Origin: a virus
Lineage: Duplodnaviria > Heunggongvirae > Uroviricota > Caudoviricetes
DNA: 6,471 nt
Virus record (IMG/VR): IMGVR_UViG_2537561829_000009
Location: 1 to 6,471 of that record
Direction: 5' to 3' (one strand)
Shown: piece by piece, positions 1 to 6,471 of the stretch
Numbering within the stretch: position 1 is the stretch's first letter
Layout of the letters: every line of letters begins with the position of its first letter
Position numbers and translations under genes: made by a program
Notes under the pieces: model-generated
Databases searched by the model: none
What the model was told of the DNA's origin: nothing
The model's input: the letters and a program-made list of their open reading frames with translations, nothing else

Positions 1-315
1 TTCGCCATATTTTCTATATTTTTCAAGCCAGTTGCATACAGTACCAAAGGCTGGTATTCCGTGTTTTACCGCTACTTCACGAACAGAAAAACAGTCATCC
101 ACGACTTCTTTTACTACTGTGAGTTTTAACTCAGCAGAATAGCGTCCTTTTTTACCCGTAAGTATGCTTATCCCATGTTCCCGATAGGCATAAGCCCATT
201 TTCTTACTGTGCAGGGACTGATACCGTACATCCTTGCTACAGATTTCAGACTCAACTCTCCCTCCAGGTACTTTTCTGATACTACCTTTTTGAACTCCAA
301 TGAAAACTTTTCCAT
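1..315 (-). CDS. IS3-family (IS150-group-like) transposase OrfA, N-terminal helix-turn-helix part; start codon inside the window, 3' end runs off the window start
   Basis: Translating the minus strand from the ATG at 315..313 gives 105 codons with no stop down to position 1: MEKFSLEFKKVVSEKYLEGELSLKSVARMYGISPCTVRKWAYAYREHGISILTGKKGRYSAELKLTVVKEVVDDCFSVREVAVKHGIPAFGTVCNWLEKYRKYGE. This ORF is not in the supplied track because it is truncated by the window edge. It has the duplicated HTH pattern (YGIS..TV.KW...Y.EHG, then S.REVA..HGIP...V..WL.KY...GE) that I recognise from OrfA proteins of the IS150 group of the IS3 family. The region is visibly more AT-rich than the phage genes next to it. The family call is from memory, not a search. 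Confidence 0.7.
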   Translation of the reverse strand, partial: MEKFSLEFKKVVSEKYLEGELSLKSVARMYGISPCTVRKWAYAYREHGISILTGKKGRYSAELKLTVVKEVVDDCFSVREVAVKHGIPAFGTVCNWLEKYRKYGE

Positions 316-362
316 GCATCCTCAGTTTTTGGTCTGGTGTCTAACCTTTGGGGCGCAGTTCA
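1..362 (-). mobile_element. Partial insertion sequence (IS3 family), one end only; inner boundary approximate, somewhere in 316..362
   Basis: OrfA occupies 1..315. Read on the minus strand, the 47 nt upstream of its ATG are TGAACTGCGCCCCAAAGGTTAGACACCAGACCAAAAACTGAGGATGC. A TGAAC start about 45 nt before orfA is typical of IS3-family terminal inverted repeats, which would put the IS end at 362. The other IS end is outside the window, so the inverted repeat cannot be confirmed. Confidence 0.45.
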
Positions 363-2818
363 TTACCAATGGACACAACACCGCTGGTATTATTAATTGT
401 AATCGGTCGCAAACTGTTCCATGAACCTAACGTATCTCCTGATGCTGTTAGCATGAAATATGTGCTGCCGCCGTCATTACGGATAAAGAACCCATAGTTA
501 CCGTAAGCAATGCGGAAACCATTTGCATATTTTGAAACGATCTCACCAGAAGACGTTACCCCCCCAGATAATGTGCCACCTGAAAGCGGTAATGCTCCTA
601 CATCAGAAGCTGTTGGTTTGTTTCTGGTGTTATAAGAACGACGCCAGCCTGGCGCATAACCACTTCCATTGTACACATAAATAAATTCCGCATTATTAAC
701 ACCACCATGACCCGATGTTGTTGTCGTTGTAACACGAATAGTGTAATTGCTTGTTGCCTTATTACTAAACACCTCAATCACGGAACCAGATAGATCGATC
801 CTACCGCAACCAGTGTCGTCTATATAATTATTGTTGGCGTAAACCCATGAGCACCGTGCAATCCAATATTTGTTTGAAAATGCACCCTGATTATTTAGCC
901 ACGTTATAAACTGAGCAGTCGTAAATGCTGTTCCGTTACCACTATTTAACCATCCGGCGGCAGCGGTTGGTGCGTTTATATCAGCCGGCTGAGGTCTAAA
1001 TCCAGTCGTGTAAACCTGCTCCCAACCACTTTCAAAACCATAACCGTCTCTTGAAGAACGGTAGAACAGACCACCATTTCTGTAATGCGCCTTCATCTGC
1101 AGGGTCCGGCAACTTCCGACTCCGGTATAGAAGTTAACCAGAATATAGCTGTCGCCAGAGCGGGTGACATTGTAAGCGCCTGATTCGGCATTCCAGGGAA
1201 CGCCACCATCCGCATCGGCATACGTATCCGTTGCCCTTCTGGCAAAAGCAGCCACATGCGCGGCGGTTAAAGTGATATCCGCAGTCAGTGCTTTACCGTT
1301 AACTTTTCGGTTAGATGGCACCCTGCTATTCGCATTGTCATTGGCTGCTTTAACTGCTTTTGGCGTTGCGGCCAGCGATTCACTGGTGCTATCAACAGCA
1401 CTGCTAAGTTTCACAACACCTTTAGTTGTAAGGCTTGCGTCTTCCATCGCAACTGCACCGGCAATCTCTTCAGCACGATCAGCAGCAGCTTCCGCACGGG
1501 TCGCAGCGGATTCAGCAGCAGTTTTGCTCTGAGATGCTGCCGTCGCACTGCCTGCCGCCTCTGTTGCTTTCGTGGATGCCGTCGTGGCGCTGCCCTTCGC
1601 TGCTGACGCCTGTCTGGTCGCCTCATCTTTTGAAGCAGACGCAGATGATGCCGATGACGCCGCAGAACTGGCTGACGATGCGGCTGCCGCCTTAGAGGAA
1701 GCAGCATTGTCTGCTGAAGTCTTTGCATTTGTTTCAGAGGTTTTTGCTGCAGAAGAAGACCTCGCTGCTGCAGTGGCTTGCTCAGTGGCTTTGCCCGCCT
1801 TCGTTGTGGCTGTTGAAGCGGATGATGCGGCGCTTTCTGCCGATTTTCCGGCGGCGGTGGCACTGGCTGAGGCCTGCCCGGCACTTGTTGACGCGGCACT
1901 GGCAGACGACGCAGCCGCTGTTTTTGAACCTGCCGCAGCTGAGGCGCTCTGTCCCGCTGCTGTTTCAGAAGACTTAGCGTTCGTCTCGGACGTTTTTGCC
2001 GCCTTCGCGGAATTTCCTGCCGCCGTTGCCGAGGAAGCTGCATTACTGGCACTTGATGATGCATTCGTTTCTGATGATTTCGCTGCCTCTTTTGAGGCCG
2101 CCGCACCCCGTGCCGAGGTGGCAGCTTCTGACGCCTTTGTGGTCGCGGCGGATGCAGAAGTGGCTGCAGATTTTTGTGACGCTGCCGCATTCGTTTCTGA
2201 CGTTTTCGCGGCACTGGCACTGGTAGCTGCCGCGCTTTTTGAGGACTCTGCGGCGGCAGCACTTTTTGATGCTTCAGTGGCCTTTGTTGATGCTGTTCCT
2301 GCGCTGGAAGACGCTGACTGAGCCGACGACGCGGCCTGTCCGGCTGACGTGCTGGCTGCACGTGCTGAGCCTGCAGCATCAGTTGCACGGGTTGCCGCCT
2401 CACGGGCTGATGTGCCGGCATCGCTGGCTGACTTCTTCGCGGCTGCCGTGTTCTGTGCCACTGCGGACGCGTTACGCGCCACCTCTTCCACCATCAGTTC
2501 AAAGCGGCGCAGTGCCTCCGGACGGACATCATCCTCCGTCATGGCACCGAGAAAATCATTCAGCGTACCCGGTTGTGAGTCTTCATACACGGTGATGGTC
2601 CCGGCATGCGATGGCGGGAAGCCTTCCACCAACAGAATAACGCTGTACTGACCGTACTCAACGTCCATGCTGTAACGCCCGGCTTCATCCGGATTTTCTG
2701 AGGCCACCGTGTTCGCCACCACCGTGGTGCTGTTACGTTTTGCTTTCAGCTGGATTGTACAGTTCTGTACCGGTTTACCTGCACCGTCTTTCAGTACACC
2801 TGAAATCTTTACTGCCAT
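341..2818 (-). CDS. stf: Side tail fibre protein Stf (lambda Stf-like N-terminus and Ala/Ser/Thr-rich rod; divergent C-terminal domain; probably 3'-truncated by the adjacent IS)
   Basis: The track ORF 341..2824 begins MNMAVKISG with a GTG; the likely true start is the ATG at 2818..2816, preceded by GGGGTGA as a Shine-Dalgarno about 6 nt upstream. The N-terminus MAVKISGVLKDGAGKPVQNCTIQLKAKRNSTTVVANTVASENPDEAGRYSMDVEYGQYSVILLVEGFPPSHAGTITVYEDSQPGTLNDFLGAMTEDD matches lambda Stf as I recall it. A long KTSETNA-type Ala/Ser/Thr-rich rod follows. The C-terminal part carries tail-fibre motifs (GALPLSGGTLSGGVT, GFFIRNDGGSTYFMLTASGD). The stop TAG is at 343..341, only 25 bp from the IS orfA start. Confidence 0.88.
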   Translation of the reverse strand: MAVKISGVLKDGAGKPVQNCTIQLKAKRNSTTVVANTVASENPDEAGRYSMDVEYGQYSVILLVEGFPPSHAGTITVYEDSQPGTLNDFLGAMTEDDVRPEALRRFELMVEEVARNASAVAQNTAAAKKSASDAGTSAREAATRATDAAGSARAASTSAGQAASSAQSASSSAGTASTKATEASKSAAAAESSKSAAATSASAAKTSETNAAASQKSAATSASAATTKASEAATSARGAAASKEAAKSSETNASSSASNAASSATAAGNSAKAAKTSETNAKSSETAAGQSASAAAGSKTAAASSASAASTSAGQASASATAAGKSAESAASSASTATTKAGKATEQATAAARSSSAAKTSETNAKTSADNAASSKAAAASSASSAASSASSASASKDEATRQASAAKGSATTASTKATEAAGSATAASQSKTAAESAATRAEAAADRAEEIAGAVAMEDASLTTKGVVKLSSAVDSTSESLAATPKAVKAANDNANSRVPSNRKVNGKALTADITLTAAHVAAFARRATDTYADADGGVPWNAESGAYNVTRSGDSYILVNFYTGVGSCRTLQMKAHYRNGGLFYRSSRDGYGFESGWEQVYTTGFRPQPADINAPTAAAGWLNSGNGTAFTTAQFITWLNNQGAFSNKYWIARCSWVYANNNYIDDTGCGRIDLSGSVIEVFSNKATSNYTIRVTTTTTSGHGGVNNAEFIYVYNGSGYAPGWRRSYNTRNKPTASDVGALPLSGGTLSGGVTSSGEIVSKYANGFRIAYGNYGFFIRNDGGSTYFMLTASGDTLGSWNSLRPITINNTSGVVSIGNELRPKG
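1470..2430 (-). repeat. Low-complexity Ala/Ser/Thr-rich repetitive coding region inside stf (fibre rod)
   Basis: Stf residues ~130..450 are almost entirely A/S/T/K/E/G with recurring units such as AAKTSETNA, KSSETAAGQSASAAAG and SSASSAASSASSA. The DNA is GC-rich and lacks stops in several frames, which produces the long overlapping track ORFs 1411..2421(-), 1572..2321(+) and others. Boundaries are approximate. Confidence 0.6.
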
Positions 2819-2828
2819 ATTCACCCCA

Positions 2829-2856
2829 CAAAAAAGCCCGCCAGAACCGGCGGGCT
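2829..2856 (-). terminator. Putative intrinsic (rho-independent) terminator between lom and stf, oriented for minus-strand transcription
   Basis: Perfect 8-bp stem 2835..2842 (AGCCCGCC) pairing with 2849..2856 (GGCGGGCT), 6-nt loop AGAACC. On the minus strand the hairpin is followed immediately by TTTTTTGTGGGG (complement of the A-run 2830..2835). The plus strand has no T-run after the hairpin, so it is unidirectional. It lies 27 bp downstream of the lom stop and overlaps the stf ribosome-binding region. Confidence 0.6.
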
Positions 2857-2882
2857 GTCATAACACTGTGTTACCTGGCTAA

Positions 2883-3482
2883 TCAGAACTTATAACCGAC
2901 ACCCACGATGAAACCGTCAGTGCGCCAGTCGCCACTGCCGGAGCCTTCATAAGCGACATCAATGGCCACGGATTCGGTCGGGTTAAACTGCACGCCAGCC
3001 CCCCACGCCAGAGACATGTTGCTGTGGCGACCGTCATCACTTCCGGTCAGCACATCGTGCGTTTTCCCCTTGTTGTCAGTTACGCGGAGATAATCCCCGG
3101 AGAAAGTCGACACACGGCTGTAAGCCACACCCACCATCGCATACGCGCTGAACCATTCATTCACGCGTACAGACGGCCCCGCCATCACGCTGAACCAGCG
3201 GTTACGCACGGAATCTTCATGCCAGCGGGTATCGCTGTAGCGCGTTTTTTGCTCATCCTCAGCATTGGCATAACTGAAGGACGTAATCAGCCCCAGCGCG
3301 TCCGTAAACTCATAACGGTATTTCACGTTAATCCCGTTCAGATTATCGCTGCCGGGAGCGTTCGTACGGGCATGAAGATACCCTGCGCTCAGTGTGGCCT
3401 GCTGCTCAGACGCCCATGCAGGCGCACCGGATACGGCCAGACAGATGGCTGCGGACAAAATGGCTGCACAAACTTTACGCAT
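2883..3482 (-). CDS. lom: Lom outer membrane protein (Ail/Lom/OmpX-type 8-strand beta-barrel; lambdoid prophage moron)
   Basis: 199-aa ORF with ATG at 3482..3480 and GAGAGG Shine-Dalgarno about 6 nt upstream. N-terminal signal peptide MRKVCAAILSAAICLAVSGAPAWA with an A-W-A cleavage motif. C-terminal ...GFIVGVGYKF ends in an aromatic residue, as outer-membrane beta-barrels do. The sequence is near-identical along its length to lambda Lom as I recall it (NLNGINVKYRYEFTD, RWHEDSVRNRWFSVMAGPSVRVNEWFSAYAM, LAWGAGVQFNPTESVAID). Position between J and stf matches the lambda gene order. Confidence 0.93.
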   Translation of the reverse strand: MRKVCAAILSAAICLAVSGAPAWASEQQATLSAGYLHARTNAPGSDNLNGINVKYRYEFTDALGLITSFSYANAEDEQKTRYSDTRWHEDSVRNRWFSVMAGPSVRVNEWFSAYAMVGVAYSRVSTFSGDYLRVTDNKGKTHDVLTGSDDGRHSNMSLAWGAGVQFNPTESVAIDVAYEGSGSGDWRTDGFIVGVGYKF

Positions 3483-3504
3483 AATTACCTCTCGCTTTTC
3501 TGCA

Positions 3505-3530
3505 ATAAAAAAGGCGCCATTTCTGGCGCC
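3505..3530 (-). terminator. Putative intrinsic terminator between J and lom, oriented for minus-strand transcription
   Basis: Perfect 7-bp stem 3513..3519 (GGCGCCA) pairing with 3524..3530 (TGGCGCC), 4-nt loop TTTC. On the minus strand it is followed by TTTTTTAT (complement of the A-run 3507..3512). It lies 20 bp downstream of the J stop and about 20 bp upstream of the lom Shine-Dalgarno. Confidence 0.6.
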
Positions 3531-3549
3531 CGTATATGGGTTATAAAAT

Positions 3550-5073
3550 TCAGCTGATACTGATGCCTGCGGTGGCTTTCTTCATCACCACAACCAGCAA
3601 ATCGCTGATACTTGCTGTGGGATACCAGTTATTTACCAGCCATGATGACACCGAAAACTCCAGCGTCATGTGGCCGCGACCGGCAGGCATATCAATAACG
3701 CCACTGTAAATCAGCGTATTATCCAGCGCGGTACGGTTATAAATTTCAGCACCGTTTTTCCGTACTATCAGGCGGCATGACGAATAAATATCGTTATTCT
3801 CCCTCTCATGTTTAGCGCCGCTGAATGCCACCGCCGGAATAACAATCTGCCGGTCAAACGGCTGATCGTCATAAACCCTGACGGTGATGGTCCCTGATGG
3901 CCACCGTTCCGGTGCACGGGAGTCCCGGGGGAAAGCTTTGCCCACTGTTTTAACGAGATCGCCTTCAATCTGGTTGGCGGACAGTTTTCCCAGAACCCGA
4001 CAGTTCTCGTTAATCGTGACGTTGTTGAGCGTCCCGGAGTTCGCATTCACGCTGCCACTGATATCTGCATTTTTCGCCGTCAGCCGCCCGTTCGGTGTCA
4101 GGGAAAATACCGGAGGATTACCGCCGCTGGTAATGGTGGGAGCCGTCAGGCGTTTCAGGAACACGTCGTTCATGAATATCTGATCGCCCTGCCCAACAAA
4201 CATCGGCTTTGTGTTGCCATTCGCAGGATTAATCATCGCAATCCTGTCTGCCGCCAGCAGCACCTGACTCTGCATGCCGTCAGGGGTGTTCTCAATACCG
4301 GCACCAATACCCGCGATATAAAGGCGTCCGTCCTGCATCTGCTGCAGCTTCACAGCCCACATGCTGTTCAGGTTATTATTTGTATCAACCTGAACCTTCT
4401 GTATCTGCTGGATCGCTGCACTCTGGTCTTCCAGTTTCTTATTGACGGTCTGTGTGATTTCATTGCTGACATCCGTAATGGACGTCCTGATTTCAGCCAG
4501 GTCAGGCGCAAGCTGACCGTTATCAATCTGCGTCCACAACTCCTGGGCCAGATGTGTTTTCCCGATTTCTCCTTTGAAAAAATCCAGATAGCCGGATGCG
4601 TCATCACTCGGCTGACCAACAGCCTCCACGAATGCCGATTTGCCAACGGTGTTCACACTGCGAACGTAAAAATAATAATTATGGCCCGGCCTGATATTGA
4701 TACTGGCGGCTATCCAGTACAGCGCCGTACCAAGATAGCGGGCTGTGGTTTCAACCTGCCTGATATCCGCAATCCGCTTTTCCGAGAACCAGAACTCAAA
4801 CTGTACCGTCGGGTCATAAACGGCAAGATGCGGCGTGGCGGTTATCTGAAAATAGCCCGGCGTCAGCTCAAGCCGCGACGGCACTGCAGGTGCGGCAATC
4901 CGGAACGATACCGATGCCGGATCGCCCTGCTGCCCCCACGCATTTACCGCCCGGACTGTCAGCCTGTAGTTCCCTGGCGCCAGCTGCGTGAAGCGGTATG
5001 TGGTTTCCGTCGTCCGGGCCGTGCTGACCAGCCGCTCACTGCCGTCATCCGCTGCCACGGTCAGGCGAAGCAA
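3550..5073 (-). CDS. J: Intact C-terminal segment of J (fibronectin-like and receptor-binding region); a gene caller would report it as a separate CDS
   Basis: Track ORF 3550..5073, 507 aa. The 5073 start is an ORF-finder artefact (TTG inside the J frame). Content is J-like throughout ([64 protein letters not shown]). The last ~150 aa differ substantially from lambda J. Confidence 0.55.
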   Translation of the reverse strand: MLRLTVAADDGSERLVSTARTTETTYRFTQLAPGNYRLTVRAVNAWGQQGDPASVSFRIAAPAVPSRLELTPGYFQITATPHLAVYDPTVQFEFWFSEKRIADIRQVETTARYLGTALYWIAASINIRPGHNYYFYVRSVNTVGKSAFVEAVGQPSDDASGYLDFFKGEIGKTHLAQELWTQIDNGQLAPDLAEIRTSITDVSNEITQTVNKKLEDQSAAIQQIQKVQVDTNNNLNSMWAVKLQQMQDGRLYIAGIGAGIENTPDGMQSQVLLAADRIAMINPANGNTKPMFVGQGDQIFMNDVFLKRLTAPTITSGGNPPVFSLTPNGRLTAKNADISGSVNANSGTLNNVTINENCRVLGKLSANQIEGDLVKTVGKAFPRDSRAPERWPSGTITVRVYDDQPFDRQIVIPAVAFSGAKHERENNDIYSSCRLIVRKNGAEIYNRTALDNTLIYSGVIDMPAGRGHMTLEFSVSSWLVNNWYPTASISDLLVVVMKKATAGISIS

Positions 5074-5449
5074 AGCTCACCCCTTCACCACCTTCGGCGT
5101 GTCCCAGCGCCAGCACCTGTATTCCCCGCTGTCTGCGGTGACTTCGGCGGTCAGTGCTGCACGCTGGCGGCGTGACACCATTCACCGTGCCGCTCTGGTC
5201 CGTCAAAGTGCGCCCCGTTATCCACGATGGCTTCTTTTCCGGTACATGCTGCACGCAGTGATGGCATACGTACCGTCGTCGTTCTCACGGATACTCACAC
5301 AGCGGAACAGGCGCTGGCGCAGCGTCGGCAGCTTCAGCCCCCACACGCTGTATCGGCAACGCCGTCAGGAACCCGGCTCACTTTCACCTTCACGCCGTCG
5401 GTGAGGACTGACCTCCACGCTGACCGGATCCCTCCGTCAACCAGGCTTA

Positions 5450-6471
5450 TCAGCGTGGTCCGGAGGATGGCAGCGTGATTTCACGGTCGAGCGTCAGCGT
5501 CCGGGTCTGGCTGTTCACCGCCAGCACGCGCCCCGGTGCTGATACCGGCATAGTCATCATCGCAGATTTCAATGACATCCCCGGTACATGGCGAAGCCCT
5601 TCGCACCCACGCTGAAGTCCACGGTCTGCGTTCCAGCAGTTCGTTTTAATCAGCCACAGCCCGGCGCGGTGTGCCTGCCCCCGGCTGGTACAGCCAAAAG
5701 CATCCATCTTCGTGACGTTACGACCGTAACGGGCAATGGCCTGAGTATCTTCAACAAGCTCTGTCGCCGTCTCCCAGCCGTTGTTCGGGTCAATCCAGTT
5801 CACCTCAACGGCATTATGGCGGTCCTTCAGGGCGCTGAAGCTGTAGCGGAACGGCGCACCATCATCCGGCATCACCACATTACTGCGGTTATAGGTCCAC
5901 ACCTTATCTGATGGTCGGTCCTGCACGAACATCAGCGTCTGCCCGTTCCATACCGGCATACAGCGCATCGCCGAGCAGAAATCACTGAGCACATCCCACG
6001 CCTTGCGCTGTGTGGTCAGGTACGCATTACAGGTGATGCGCGGCTCCGTGCCGCCAAAGCCGTCCGGCACCGACTGGTCGCAGTACTGGCCGATGACATA
6101 CAGCGCCCATTTATCTACATCCGCTGCACCAAGACGTTTCCCCATGCCGTAGCGCGGATGGGTCAGCATATCCCACATACACCAGGCCATGTTGTTGCTG
6201 TATGCTGGCTTAAACGTTCCGTCCCAGATACCGCTGTATTGCCGCGTCTGCGGGTTATAGTTCGACGGCACCTGCAGAATGCGCCCGCGCAGATGATAAT
6301 TACGGCTCACCTGCTGGCTGCCGAACTGCTCCGAATCCACCTGTACGCCGACCAGTGCCGTGTTCGGGTAGCACTGTTTCACATCGATGATTTCGGTGTA
6401 TGACGACCAGAGCGTTTTGTTCTGCAGCTGGTCTGTGGTGCTGTCCGGCGTCATCCTGCGCATCCGGATAT
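5450..6471 (-). CDS. J: Upstream in-frame segment of J (5' end beyond window) ending at a premature stop created by frameshifts
   Basis: Track ORF 5450..6463, which continues in frame to the window edge at 6471. It is a clean J match down to about 5642; the last ~65 codons before the TGA at 5452..5450 alternate between J-matching and out-of-frame stretches. Confidence 0.5.
   Translation of the reverse strand, partial: IRMRRMTPDSTTDQLQNKTLWSSYTEIIDVKQCYPNTALVGVQVDSEQFGSQQVSRNYHLRGRILQVPSNYNPQTRQYSGIWDGTFKPAYSNNMAWCMWDMLTHPRYGMGKRLGAADVDKWALYVIGQYCDQSVPDGFGGTEPRITCNAYLTTQRKAWDVLSDFCSAMRCMPVWNGQTLMFVQDRPSDKVWTYNRSNVVMPDDGAPFRYSFSALKDRHNAVEVNWIDPNNGWETATELVEDTQAIARYGRNVTKMDAFGCTSRGQAHRAGLWLIKTNCWNADRGLQRGCEGLRHVPGMSLKSAMMTMPVSAPGRVLAVNSQTRTLTLDREITLPSSGPR

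Larger units (their letters stand above)
3550..6471 (-). pseudogene. J: Host specificity protein J (tail tip / central tail fibre), 5' end beyond window; reading frame disrupted by multiple single-base indels in about 5074..5642
   Basis: Minus-strand translation from 6471 matches lambda J from about residue 170 (MRRMTPDSTTDQLQNKTLWSSYTEIIDVKQ ... AGLWLIKT). J-like peptide blocks then appear in different minus frames within a few tens of bases of each other: ELLE, TQTVDFSVGA and EGLRHVPG in three different frames, DVIEICDDDYAGIST in a shifted frame, then GRVLAVNSQTRTLTLDREITLPSSG, a premature TGA at 5452..5450, and further shifted blocks ALISLVDG, EAIVDNGAHFDG, QHVPEK, QSGTVNGVTPPA. From 5073 down to the stop at 3552..3550 a clean 507-codon frame resumes ([27 protein letters not shown] ... 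[11 protein letters not shown]). The comparison is against J recalled from memory. Confidence 0.75.

Noticed and set aside
209-424. 71-aa plus-strand ORF spanning the IS/stf junction
   Set aside because: It is antisense to the IS orfA start and to the stf 3' end, begins with GTG, has no recognisable motif and crosses a probable insertion boundary; most likely a chance ORF.
1272-2651. Multiple overlapping ORFs in the track (1272..1532+, 1435..1695+, 1723..1977+, 1996..2226+, 2239..2595+, 2349..2651+, 1411..2421-, 1572..2321+)
   Set aside because: All lie inside stf and have extreme low-complexity compositions (Ala/Asp, Arg/Gln/Pro, Leu/Pro/Trp), consistent with shadow ORFs caused by the repetitive Ala/Ser/Thr codon bias of the real frame.
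3024-3557. 177-aa plus-strand ORF antisense to lom
   Set aside because: It overlaps the well-supported lom CDS on the opposite strand and has no signal or domain features.
3531-3600. Possible lom promoter (TATAAC -10-like hexamer on the minus strand near 3545..3540)
   Set aside because: No acceptable -35 at 16-18 bp spacing, and the terminator hairpin lies immediately downstream of it, so a transcript starting here would run straight into the hairpin. Not supportable from sequence alone.
5045-5254. 69-aa minus-strand ORF as an independent gene
   Set aside because: It contains J peptide blocks (QHVPEK, QSGTVNGVTPPA, VSF) separated by out-of-frame stretches, so it is a frameshifted piece of J and not a separate gene.
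3768-6403. Assorted ORFs within J on either strand (3768..4046-, 3884..4183+, 4368..4646-, 4552..5175+, 4988..5404+, 5227..5478+, 5588..5911+, 6158..6403+)
   Set aside because: They are antisense or out of frame relative to the J coding sequence and show Arg/Pro/His-rich composition typical of spurious frames; several sit in the frameshifted block where the true frame is broken.
1-6471. Novel defence or other undescribed system, CRISPR array, tRNA or other RNA gene
   Set aside because: The whole window is accounted for by J, lom, stf and an IS fragment with short spacers of 25-67 bp. No direct-repeat/spacer periodicity, no tRNA-like cloverleaf candidates and no unexplained conserved-looking ORFs were seen.

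Overview
This window is the distal tail-fibre region of a lambda-like (lambdoid) prophage, with every gene on the minus strand. In transcription order (high to low coordinates) it holds the host-specificity/tail-tip gene J (3550..6471, 5' end beyond the window), the outer-membrane moron lom (2883..3482), the side tail fibre gene stf (341..2818), and the first 105 codons of an IS3-family transposase OrfA (1..315). The IS sits directly against the stf stop codon, so stf is probably truncated and no tail-fibre assembly gene (tfa) follows it. J has its reading frame broken many times inside a ~570 bp block (about 5074..5642), while the flanking J sequence is clean. Two hairpin plus T-tract terminators sit in the J-lom and lom-stf spacers. 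I found no tRNA, rRNA or CRISPR array, and no evidence for a novel defence or other undescribed system. The many extra ORFs in the six-frame track are shadow ORFs over the Ala/Ser/Thr-rich stf rod and antisense to J and lom. All family assignments come from reading the translations and from memory of phage lambda J, Lom and Stf; no database search was run.
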